From: Eledone cirrhosa
Lineage: Eukaryota
NCBI GenBank assembly: GCA_964016885.1
Contig: OZ024742.1
Location: 233,740,001 to 233,804,000, forward strand
Reading direction: 5' to 3'
Length of the DNA stretch: 64,000 nt
The notes beneath the pieces were generated by a model. The model saw nothing but the letters and a program-made list of their open reading frames with translations, was not told the origin of the DNA and made no database searches. Each line of letters begins with the position of its first letter. Position 1 is the stretch's first letter. Positions 42,235 to 53,571 of the stretch are shown piece after piece. Made by a program: the position numbers and the translations under genes.

Positions 42235-42550
42235 ACAAGAGGTTACTGACGAAAGAAACGTCAGCAAAGCCAGAGAGACCTGAGACCGGAGACCAAGACC
42301 ACCGTTTCTAATGGGTAAGGTAGCCTATTGCCATCCAAAGTCGTAAAACCCGACGTTGCAATTTCGTAATAATAATTATTTCTGGCCTTGTGCCTAAAGT
42401 AAAAATAATTATTATTACGAAATGTGCAACGTCGGGTTTTACGACTTTGGATGGCAATAGGCTACCTTACCCATTAGAAACGGTGGTCTTGGTCTCCGGT
42501 CTCAGGTCTCCCTGGCTTTGCCGACTTTTCTTTCGTCAGTAACCTCTTGT
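42235..42550. repeat. Near-perfect long palindrome (~146 bp arms, ~21 nt loop)
   Basis: 42235-42381 versus 42403-42550 differ by about 3 substitutions and 1 indel. Confidence 0.95.
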
Positions 42551-42980
42551 CGCGTCCTCATCAACAGTGCTCTCCACAACATAACGGAACCCACTCTGAT
42601 CGAGGAATGCGAGGCCACCTGCGAGACACTTTCTCCAGTGGCAACCTGGTGCAGTCAGCGACTAATCCAGGCTCTGCTGCACTTCGACCCGATGAGGGTA
42701 AACTCTCCAAATATCGATTGCTCTCAGACAGATTTGCGTTCGAGTCCGTAGCAGTGGAGACTTTTGGTGTTCTTGACCCTAGGACCACCTCCCTACTCAC
42801 CACCAACGGCACGGAGCTGGCTACCCGCAGATGTGAACCTCGCATCTCCCTCACCATCCTCTGAGGAAAAGCCTTCTCTCTTCTGTCCGCCGGGACCGCA
42901 GGGCGGCCGACGCGTGGCCCCACTTTTGTATATAATAGTGAGAGGCGGGGAGATCGTGAGAGACGGAGGCAGCGAGTGAA
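42551..42980 (+). mobile_element. CRE-like RLE 3' fragment with internal deletions
   Basis: NLVQSATNPGSAALRPDEGKLSKY...VAVETFGVL; same family and tail. Confidence 0.8.
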
Positions 42981-43019
42981 AATATCACCAAACTAAAATA
43001 CACTATTTTCCTCTTCTTC

Positions 43020-44140
43020 TTGATCTTGTTCGACGAGGCCAGGGTCATCCTAAGCCAACGATCCCAAAGCATCGTTGTGCGTAGAGCCGACCAGGTCCAC
43101 CAACGCCCTCCATCGCTGGCGGTCCCGTGCCAGCTCCTCTGCATCCTCCAAGATGGCGTCGAACTTCCGGAGATCTTCCCTTGATATCCAGCCATCTAGT
43201 GCGGGGCTTGTTGCGGAACCTCTTCCAGCCTGCAGCCACTTCGTCGAACGAGATTAAGGCCTTGGTAGGATTATCTGGGGGGGGGGGACATGTCTGTACC
43301 AGCGCATACGGCGGATAACTACGAGGCGGGAAGTTGTGGGCTGATGCGTGTGCGCAGGCAACACTTTGTTGCAAACGTGGTGGTCCCATCTGATGTTTTT
43401 GGTGGTCCTCAGTGCTCTGCTATTGAAGCTCTCAATCCTCTTTGCTAGGGGCTTTGTGAGGGGCCACGCTTCTGCGCCATAGAGGAGAACGGCGAGGGCC
43501 GACGCATTGTAAATACGGAGCTTCGTCTTCTGGAACATTGAGCAATGGCGCCAAAAAGGCTTTCATGGGGAGCGCATGACGCGGCAGCCATGTCACATCT
43601 GCGGTTGATCTCCGGGGTCAGGTCTCCATTGCTGGTGACAGTCGAGCTCAAGTAAATGAAGGAGCTGACAATCTCATCGGCGTCGGATTCAATATGAAGT
43701 GAAGGAGGATCCGGGCCATTGCCGACTTGCATCAGCTTCGTCTTCACCCATCTTACCTGAAGGCCAGCTTTTTCTGATTCCTCTCGGTATTTGGTCAATG
43801 CGTCTCTGAGCTGATTGATCGAGTTGGTGAATAGAGTGATGTCGTCCGCGTACTCCAGGTCGGAAAGGTCGTATTTCGCCATAGTAACACCAGAAACTCG
43901 CTCACAAACCGTGGTCATCATATCGAGCCATTGGAACAGAGTGGTGATCTTAGGAGGTGCGCCGACAAGCTGGAGAATTTTCCAGGGGGATGCATGGTGG
44001 ACGTGACGAAAGTCGCCTTGAGGTCGACGAAGGCGACGTAGAGGCGGCGATCTCTACGGAACTCCCGAAATATTTCGATAATCAGGTGACGTCCGCTTCT
44101 GATGGCTGGAAGAGTACGACTGAGGAGGATATTAGTAAAG
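43020..44140 (-). mobile_element. RTE-clade LINE 3' part, frameshifted
   Basis: AFVDLKA, DLEYADDI, KTKLM, FIYL, TKLRIY...LLYGAEAW, RMRWY.H, PRTRW. Confidence 0.9.
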
Positions 44141-44292
44141 ACCATGGGCTCCCAGCTGCAGATGTTCGATGCCACCACCCAGAACCACACAATGACATAT
44201 AAGAGGTACGATAATTTTAATTCAAACGCCCCTGATACAGTTGTAGTGGATACCCATGAGTGTACGTCTAGGATAAAATTAGCCTATATATA

Positions 44293-44701
44293 CGAGGGTA
44301 ATCCCAAAAGTAAGGTCTCCAACGCGATGGGGGCGCAGAGAAACTGTTCGTACGGCTGTTGGCAACACTGTTGTGATTGGTGCTTCCTTCACTCCCAAAC
44401 AAGCATGCGCGCGCTTCGCTGGGATGCTCAATCTTGGCTTGGCAGCCGTTGAGAATGGAACTCCCGTTGAACGCTACCGTCAAGTGCGAATTTCGCGCAG
44501 TTATTATATACGAGGGCAATCCCAAAAGTAAGGTCTCCTTCCGAGGAAAATATGCGTAAAGATCGGCGGATCACTCTGGATGCTCTCTGCATTTTGGTTC
44601 CTGAGGTTTCCCGAAGGACCATCCACAGGATTTTAACGGAAAAGTTGCAATATCGGAAGTTGCAATATAGGAAGGAGACCTTACTTTTGGGATTGCCCTC
44701 G
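44293..44701 (+). mobile_element. Nested mariner-derived elements with three TIR copies
   Basis: CGAGGGYAATCCCAAAAGTAAGGTCTCC at 44293 and 44511, inverted at 44674-44701, each flanked by TA. Transposase pieces CEFRAVI and DRRIT...TIHRILTEKL. Confidence 0.88.
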
Positions 44702-44992
44702 TATATATATATATAAAATTGCAAGTTTGAAGAATTATTAGATAAAATATACACAGTCTTTCATCTCCCTAGTCCGTAGAAATCAACCATATAAATAATC
44801 ATTTAAACGAAGCTATAAGTTTAAAATGTAACTATATATATATATATATATTTAAAGGTTAAACAAGGTTCAATGAATAAATCAAAGAATTAGTTTTACA
44901 ATAGATTGGAAGCACTCAACATATTTGGTTTTCTGGAGTTATTAATATTAATTCAAAATATTAACAAAAATAGAACTTCTTGTGATCAAGTA

Positions 44993-45059
44993 TATTTTAT
45001 TATACATATTTCAGAGGTACTGAGCTAACTTCAACAGTACGTCCTCGTCAGATAAAATA
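44993..45059 (-). ncRNA. Minimal type I hammerhead ribozyme at the PLE 3' end
   Basis: Minus strand: TATTTTAT CTGACGA GGACGTACTG-12nt-CAGTACCTCT GAAA TATGTA TA|ATAAAATA. Perfect 8-bp stem I, CUGANGA/GAAA/UH core, extended stem II, short self-complementary stem III. Confidence 0.8.
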
Positions 45060-46306
45060 AGATGATGCATGACATACCCTGACATAGTAGATGATTAAGA
45101 TCCAATCATGGTAGTGAGTAAGATATTTATATACCTTAAGATTGAGACATGAAAAAACTTACATATAATACAGAGGGTGCGTGTAAGAAAGCTTAAAAAT
45201 ACATGACAGCAATTTACATAACTGTTAGATATTCAAATAATTATTGAACAAAGAGGAAAGAAAAAAGAAAGACAGAGAGAAAACAAATGAGGGGAAAATA
45301 TAGCCAGTAGAGGTATAGAGAGCAAAAGAGAATTGATCAAAGAAAGAGAGACAAAGAGGAATAAATTATAGGGAGGGATGAATTATATATATCTATACAT
45401 AACTATACATTTGGGCATAGCTATGCGATAGAGTAAACTCGAATCTTTGAATTATTGAATTATCTAGAAGTATTCATCAATCTAAATCCTAAATATAACT
45501 GGGTGTAATTAATAAAGGTTAATTTCCTTAGTTAATTAGTTATATATACTATCCAAACGTTAGCTTTCAAATCATTTAAGTTAGTTCAGAGTAATGAATT
45601 AATCAAAATGTATAATATTTCAGGCTATAAAGGTTTATAAATATCTGTATTAATATTAAAGTATACTATCATATTTAATTTATAAAATCATATTTTATGA
45701 ATTCATATTTAAACTATTTGCAAAACATGAGAAAGAAGACATAATATTTTCATCTTTATGAAGGTAATTCTTATTAATTTTATTATAATATATTTAATTA
45801 TTTATATTATATTGAAGATAATTCGCATTATATAATTTATAAAATAATTACAGTTATAATTTTAAAAATTAAGATTAACAATTAGAATGCCTTAAAGCAT
45901 CAAAAGGCCTTATAATTAAACTTAAAAAAGTTTATTATTAAATTAGATATATGCATTTGTCTAAATATAAACAAAGATTATATTGTCTAAAGATAAAGAT
46001 GATACCTATCAGTTATATAAAACATAATATAATACAATAAATAAGTTACTAATATTATTAAAAATTAAGGTTTTAGATCAATTATTATAATAAGGTCATG
46101 TAACACTATATACTATAAATATACAAGTCAAACTTCTTGAATCATACGGATAAGAATCTGATTTTTAAAAAAAAATGAATTGTCTGCGATCTTAAACATT
46201 TTTTTATAGATTTATATAGTAGTATAATGTGTCTGCAAACATGAGAAAGAGAAAGCCTAAGGATTTCAATGACGCGAAGGTAACCCAAATTTAATTAAAT
46301 TAATTA

Positions 46307-46505
46307 AATAATAATCGTTATATAACTTAGAAAATTTAGAAAATATTTAGAACATATTTAACGATTATAACACTAGAAAATCATTAAAGTATCTAAAGTA
46401 CTTATCAATAATAATCGTTATATAACTTAGAAAATTTAGAAAATATTTAGAAAATATTTAACGATTATAATACTAGAAAGTCATTAAAGTATTTAAAGTA
46501 CTTAT
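46307..46505. repeat. 100-bp tandem duplication in the PLE 3' region
   Basis: ATAATCGTTA at 46311 and 46411; the units are nearly identical. Confidence 0.9.
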
Positions 46506-48601
46506 AAATGTAACTAGAGGCATGTTATTATACTAGATATACAGATTTGTTCAAATATAAATAGAGTATTCCAGATATTAGTGATCGATATACATATAAT
46601 AAATAATTAGTACAATCATTGTTAGTAATGTTATAATTGAAGTTTTACATCAAAATAAGTGGAAAAAAGTTTGTCGACTAGTATGGTGTGTGACGCATAT
46701 ACCGTAAATATAAATAAATAAAAATATATAAATCAAACTTCCTGAATCGTAAAACATACTCCAAATGAATAAATATACAAAAACATAAATGCATGAGTGA
46801 TTTACGGTACATTATAACTGTTAAGCATATAAGCCATATAATTAAAAAATATACAAGAATCCCAGTCAAAATTAAATATATCTTAACAATCAAAAGATAT
46901 GCACATTCCTCAAAAGATCATGTTAACCAATAATATGTTTATATACCTAAATAGGACCCTTTAATCTAACATTAATCATATCATAAAAGAATAAAAAATA
47001 AAAATATTATTAAAGTTTTATAATCTGTTATAACGTTTTAGGTACACAGTTGATAAGAGACGTCAAAAATTAGAACCTGTATATTTAGTGTTTTTTCCTG
47101 ACTTTTTGCGAGGCTTGGAATGTAGACAAAGCTTTATGAAGGCAGTTTGAGAATAATTCACTTTTTTTGTTAATTAAATTTTCATAATTAGTAATTATTA
47201 AAAGGGTCTCCATGGTATAGAGGTTGCAGTTAGGTGATATTGAAGAATTCAAATAAATTTTACTATTACACAGCTTCGCCCAAGAAATCGAGTATTTTAA
47301 GTTTTTGTCTTTTAATGACCATATAAGTTGTGATAAAGAAATCGAAGATTTCCTATTAGGATTCGAAAAAGAGCATTTGTGATTCGCAAATCTTGATTTA
47401 AATGTCGAAGAAGTTGCACCTATATAGTTATATGTGATGTTATTTGCTTTTACGGTACATTTATATACCAGATTGCTATCCAGACAGTTATTTTGCAGAG
47501 GGCAATCTGGTCTATTTCTACAATTACATTTCGATTTATTGTTATTACTATAAATTGTACTATTTACATTAACATTATTAGTACTCCGAAATGTTCTATT
47601 GATTGTAATGTTACTGTTATTTCTAGTATTAATATTGCTAGTGTTATTATATTCATTATCGTTAAATGTATGTTGATTTAGAATTCTACTATTTATTTTA
47701 GCGATGTTCTGGGCCATATTCATAGTTGTAGAATAAGAAAGCTTAATTATGTGTCTATTAAATATGGAACGGTATTTATGTTGAATTTGGAAGGACTTAT
47801 CTAAAGCTTTAAAGAATAGATTTGCGAGTGGAGTTTTTATTGCTACAGAAGCCGGGGGGGGGGGCAAACCATATAACTGATTTAGTTCTGATTTTTTTCC
47901 CGATTTATTCACGGTAGTGGTGTTTGTATTATAATCTTTAGAATCTCGTTTATACATGTTAATCTTATTAGGATTATAATTCAAATTATTATCCATATAT
48001 TCTATATTATTTTTATAACCTGCCTTTCGTAGCGCGTCATTATAATATCCTGCTTTTTCATCAAATATGGATTTATTAGCGGATATTCTAGTTATGCGTT
48101 TCTGTACACTATTGACTATTGCGTTTTTCACAGATTTAGGGTGATTAGAGTAATAGCTAACGTAGTTTAAGTTTTCATTGGGCTTATGGAAAGGGTAATA
48201 AAAACCTGAGTTTAAATTAAGGGTAACGTCAAGGAAATTAACTATTTTGGTACTACTTTCAACTTTTAATTTAAGGTCCTAATTTTTAAAGAATTCAATT
48301 ATAGTTTTCTTAACCCTATTTAGTTCTGTATTGCTATGTTTGACAACCGTAAATAAAATATCGTCCCTATATAAACCAGCGGTAATCTCCAGTAGTTTTC
48401 TATTTACCATATTTAAGATGAAAATCCCCAGAAGATCCGTGATCTGCGCTGAGTCCGATGATCCCATGGTAATGTCGAAGTTTCTATTCCTATCTGAACG
48501 CGTCCAATATTCATTGTTGAAATTAATTAGAGTTCTTCTGGCAGTTAATATGATATCGATTTCATCCGTAGTTAGATCTGTATGTTTGTAAGTATAAGAT
48601 A

Positions 48602-48648
48602 TCATGGGTATATATATATATATATATATATATACGTATATATATCAT

Positions 48649-48718
<70 letters not shown>

Positions 48719-48719
48719 T

Positions 48720-48789
<70 letters not shown>

Positions 48790-48790
48790 T

Positions 48791-48840
<50 letters not shown>

Positions 48841-48863
48841 TGGATATATATATATATATCGTG

Positions 48864-48922
<59 letters not shown>

Positions 48923-49020
48923 ATATATATATATACCCATGATTGTATGTCTAGGATAAAATTACCCTATATATATATATATATATATAGGCTAATTTTA
49001 TCCTAGACATACAATCATGG

Positions 49021-49084
<64 letters not shown>

Positions 49085-49111
49085 ATATATATACACCCAA
49101 GATATATATAC

Positions 49112-49158
<47 letters not shown>
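48602..49158. repeat. Compound (TA)n array punctuated by TCATGG units and a 32-bp inverted repeat
   Basis: TCATGG/TCGTGG recurs 6 times between TA runs; inverted repeat at 48936-48967 / 48990-49021. Confidence 0.9.
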
Positions 49159-49159
<1 letters not shown>

Positions 49160-49365
49160 GTGTATTTTTCTATCTTAAGAAAATAGAATGTGATTTGGTT
49201 AATATTTCTAGCAAATGAGTGACTGCTAAAATGCTTCCTCATTCATACAACACACCTTTGCATACCACTATAACGTATTATTGTATGAATATATATACAA
49301 GTTTAGGTGCAGATGAAAGAAAAGAGCAATCAACACATAGTGTGGAAGTTGAAAATATGTTTATG

Positions 49366-49735
49366 TATGGCCTAGTGGTAAGGGTGTCGGACTAACGATC
49401 ATAATGTCGTGGGTTCGATTCCTGGGTTGCGTGTTGTGTTCTTGAGCATAACACTTCATTTCAGTATACTCAGCTGACAGTATACTCAGCTGACAGTATA
49501 CTCAGCTGACAGTATACTCAGCTGACAGTATACTCAGCTGACAGTATACTCAGCTGACAGTATACTCAGCTGAAAATGAGTATCAGCAATAGCTGGAGTT
49601 TAAACCCTGCAATGGACTGGCGTCCTGTCCAGGGTGGAGTCTTGTACTCTCAGTCGCTTCACGCCATGAAACCGGGATAAGCACCGGCCAAAAGAGCTTT
49701 CTGGCTTACGACAGACTTTAGACTTTAGACTTTAT
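49366..49735 (+). mobile_element. tRNA-derived CORE-like SINE with an internal 7x16-bp expansion
   Basis: A box TGGCCTAGTGG, B box GGTTCGATTCC, TTCTTGAGCA.AACACTT core and (AGACTTT)3 tail; homologous to 26600-26860 (-). Confidence 0.85.
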
Positions 49736-50276
49736 ATATATATATATATATAGTGTAAACAAAGTTTCATACACTCAACATGTATGTGCTACCAATGGTT
49801 TCCGGATTCAGCCATGGCCACTGCTGTATAATGGAGGAAGCACTTTTAAACTGGACCTTTGTTCAGGCACGTGGACAAAAATATGTAAAAGGGAAGTTGA
49901 TGTCTCTAGGCCAAATCTCTCCCCTAAACGCAGAAACCTATAATCGATGCAGGGAGATAATTATGTGTTGGATACGAATTTATCAAATTTTCGTGGATAA
50001 AGGGATAATGGAAATAAAGGGAAATAACTCGGGGTTTATCAGGTAGAAAATTTGTTGTATGTAAATGGAAACACGGACACAGGTGATGTATAATTAAAAT
50101 TTAAACATATGATAGACATACATTTACACACATACGTGTGCTCGCACATGTATAACAATGGACACAACTATACGGGTAGCCACACATGCATACATGCACA
50201 CACATACATATAGGCACAAATCATGCACATACTCACACATACATCAGTATATATGCATATACACGTATAAAAGGAG

Positions 50277-50491
50277 CGATCGACTTTCGTCAAATCGGAC
50301 CGAGGAAACAGTGTTTCCGTTGGTCTTTCCAATTGCCAATACTATCTATCGGTCGCAACTCCAGGTAGAAGGAGCAGCGTGAAATAAAGTGTCTTGCTCA
50401 AGGACATAACGCATCGCCTGGTCCAGGAATCGAACTCACAACTTCACGATTGCGAATCCAATTCTCTAACCACTCAGCCACACGCCTTCAC
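50277..50491 (-). mobile_element. tRNA-derived CORE-like SINE subfamily (copies 6165-6392, 27917-28130; related 10748-10890)
   Basis: Shared GGAAACA.TGTT..TTGGTCTTTCCA...GTGAAATAAAGTGTCTTGCTCAAGGACA. Confidence 0.8.
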
Positions 50492-50569
50492 TAAAGGGTT
50501 AAGGCAGAATTGAAAGAAGAGTGGAAGCTGGTGCAGAAAGAAGTAGCCACCATGTTTGAGAAGCAGGTA

Positions 50570-50870
50570 CGTAACATCATTACAACCAGGAGAAGCATAG
50601 TTGAACTTATTCTTAAGGTGGCATCACAGTATGACAGGTGTAAATTATATACTTGTTATTGAATTTGATGTCAGAGGTGGTGGACATGGTACATTTTGAT
50701 TTTCAACAGTAAAAATGACAGCAGAGCATTCAGCAATAAATTCTGCACATCCTTTGGGATCATCAGTAGTCCAGCCTGTGTGGGGATTGCGAAGAGTACT
50801 TACTGGAGAGTGAGGTCTCTGCTTTGAATGTACATATTTCCAGAACACTTTGCTGTCATGGTTTTTCACA
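50570..50870 (-). mobile_element. CR1-like LINE fragment
   Basis: KVFWKYVHSK...STL linker-region motif. Confidence 0.6.
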
Positions 50871-51394
50871 GTATTAAAACCTTATTATGTAGAAACACCA
50901 ATAAAAAAAGACATGCGAAAAAAAAATTGCCATCAGAGAAACCTCCAAGAGTCCCATCTGCTCCATTTTCTAAAAGAATTAGTGGTTTCTGACTGATTTT
51001 GAGGTCAGATTTGTCGAGAACACGGAGATAAAACTTGGGGTGAAAATAAACAATTTCCCTTCGAACGACTGAGGGGTTAGTGAACAACATGATTTATTAG
51101 ACTGAGGTTATTTAAATAATTAAGACAGACATGACAACAAGGTATTGTTATAGAAAATTGGCAGTATCAGTAGTGTCAGACACCGTGCTTTACACCATAG
51201 CGTTATGTCCCTTTACGGTCTGAGTTCAAATCCCGCCGAGGTTAACTTTGCATATAGACGTATATATATATATATAGTTATACTTTGGGAGAGTCATACT
51301 ACCAATAAAAACACACCCACCTGTTGGTTTTCACTTCAATTTATTACAAAATTCCGATTGGTTGGTTCAATAACCGGATGGTTATTTATATATT

Positions 51395-51437
51395 ATCAAA
51401 GCTCTTTCGTCACACATTCTGTGACTTCCTTGGTGAC
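51395..51437 (-). ncRNA. Degenerate hammerhead-like motif
   Basis: Minus strand gtca CCAAGGA a GTCACA-gaatg-TGTGAC GAAA GAGC TT tgat. Stems are present but the core has two changes from CUGANGA. Confidence 0.4.
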
Positions 51438-53571
51438 TGATTTGTTATTTTGTGTCTCTCCTTTGTTCTATCCTACACCATCTTGTTTTGCGTGAAGCCC
51501 TAATAAGGTCACAAATGTGGAGTGAATTTGGGGCTTCACCGATATTTAGGATCTGAGATGTAGAAGGTTGTATGTCTGTCTGCACGTTGGCTGCAGTGAG
51601 ATGTTGTTATCTCGGTGGATTGGCAGTATCGGTAGAGGGTCGGACGCCATGCTTTGCAGCATAGTTACGTCCCTTTACGGTCTGAGTTCAAATCCCGCCG
51701 AGGTTGACTTTGCCTTTCATCCTTACGGGGTCGATAAAATAAAGTACCAGTAATGCACTGGGTAATTGCTGGCCTTGTGCCTAAAGTAGAAACAATTATC
51801 TCAACATCTCCTTCATCAATTCGCCAATCTGTGTATGTGCGTGGTGTGCTCGTTGCGGGGTACTAGAGGTAGGTATATATATACTTACTGTCTCCCTTCT
51901 TTCCTTTAAGGTGAGATTTTCATTGATTTCGCTGTTATGTCTAGCAGGTCACTCATGCTATCGTCGGTGATTATTGTTATTGTTTAACCCCCAAGATCTC
52001 TAATCACAAGCGTTCCAGTCGTGTCTATGTCAACTTTTTTGTATATTAGCGAATGTATTGGTCATTATTTAAGACTATAGGATGTTATTTAAAGCAGATT
52101 TGGCTGTTACTTCCAGCAGTTGGAGCGACTGTATAGAAACTCTCTCGTGTGCTCTTTACATTGAAAATGTATTTTGGAGTCCAGAATGCTTTTATTTTGA
52201 GATTTGTATTACTTTAGGTGATATGGCGGTGGGTTGGCAGTATCGGACAGCATGCTGTGTAGCATAGAATAACGCCTCTTTACCTTCTGAGCTCATATCC
52301 CGTTACGGTTAACTTTGCCTTCCATCGATAAAATAAAGTACCAGTCGTGCACTGGGGTTGATTTAATCGACTTTCCCCTTCTCCAAAATGTGTTGGCCTT
52401 CTGCCTAAATCAGAAACAATTACTTTTATTATAATTCTTTGTGAATAGTCGGTGAATTACATTTTTCAGCATGTAGCATTCGGGACATTCGGGCTGAGAC
52501 GCTGACTAAGTCACTGTTGGCGGCTCGTCATACTGAAGTATCAGGTGATTCTTGTCGGGGGGCTTGACTATTCAAGCTATGCAGTGAGTGTTTGGGGTAG
52601 GCTTCGAAAATGTTTAGAGAAAATATCACCATTCCCTATTGTAGTGTTTAATTGGGGGAATGTACTGCACCTCACCGCCATCATCTTCTTTCTAATTCAT
52701 TGGCAGTATCGGTAGAGCATCGGACAATATACTTTGTTACAGCTCTTTACGTTCTGAGTTCGAATCCCGCCGAGGTTAGCTTTGCCTTTTATCCTTACGG
52801 GGTCTATAAAATAAAGTACCAGTAATACACTGGGGCCGATTTAATCGACTTTGTCCTCTCCCAAAATTGTTGGCCTTGTACCTAAAGTAGAAACCATTCT
52901 GTTATATTATAAGGGCGGTGAATTGGCAGTATCGGTAGAGGGTTGGACGCCATGCTTTCCAGCATAGTTACGTCCCTTTACAGTCTGAGTTCAAATCCCG
53001 CCAAGGTTGTCTTTGCCTTTCATCCTTACGGGGTCGATAAAATAAAGTACCAGTAATGTACTGGGTAATTGCTGGCCTTGTGCCTAACGTAGAAACACTT
53101 ATGTTATATTATACAGTGTCAAACAAATGTATAACATTGATGCTTGCACTTCAATGAGACAAAATATATTATTTTTAATATAATTGTTTCTACTTTTTGG
53201 CACAAGACCAGAAATTACCCAGTGCATTACTGGTACTTTATTTTATCGACCCCGTAAGGATGACAGGCAAAGTTAACCTCGGCGGGATTCGAACTCAGAA
53301 TGGCAAAGGCCATAACTCTAAGCGTCAAAGCATAGCGTCCGACCCTCTACCGATACTGCCAATCCACCTATAATGAAATAAAATGAAATACGGATAAATT
53401 GAGAAATATCGAAGCACCATTCACATTGAGTACTCCCGTTCACTATTTAAGTGTATAAATACTGGGATGCTCAATGAGCAGTTTGAAATAAAGTCAAAGT
53501 TTCACAGCCGGCTTGGATTTGTTACTAGTTGACATCAGGCCTTACATTTCATATCTGGGTTGGGTCTATTG

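Larger units (their letters stand above)
44852..48605 (-). mobile_element. 5'-truncated Penelope-like retroelement (RT + C-terminal GIY-YIG) with long 3' region
   Basis: ORFs 48605-48279 and 48131-47085 are one frame split by a single TAG. RT motifs FDITMGS and GLYRDD; VNFLDVTL, FHKPN and SNHP in the gap; Cys cluster CNCRNRPDCPLQNNC; endonuclease VYKC...YIGAT...FKSRFANH. Bounded by (TA)n on both sides. Confidence 0.9.

Noticed and set aside
42247-42266. CTGACGA-AA-GAAACGTC hammerhead core in the palindrome arm
   Set aside because: No room for stem II, and the other arm does not keep the GAAAC.
48279-48281. Programmed readthrough or selenocysteine in the PLE ORF
   Set aside because: The stop is TAG, not TGA, and no SECIS was recognised; a point mutation is the simpler explanation.
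48582-49242. Long YI/IY-repeat ORFs (also the HT/CV ORFs near 10977)
   Set aside because: Translations of (TA)n and (CA)n microsatellites.
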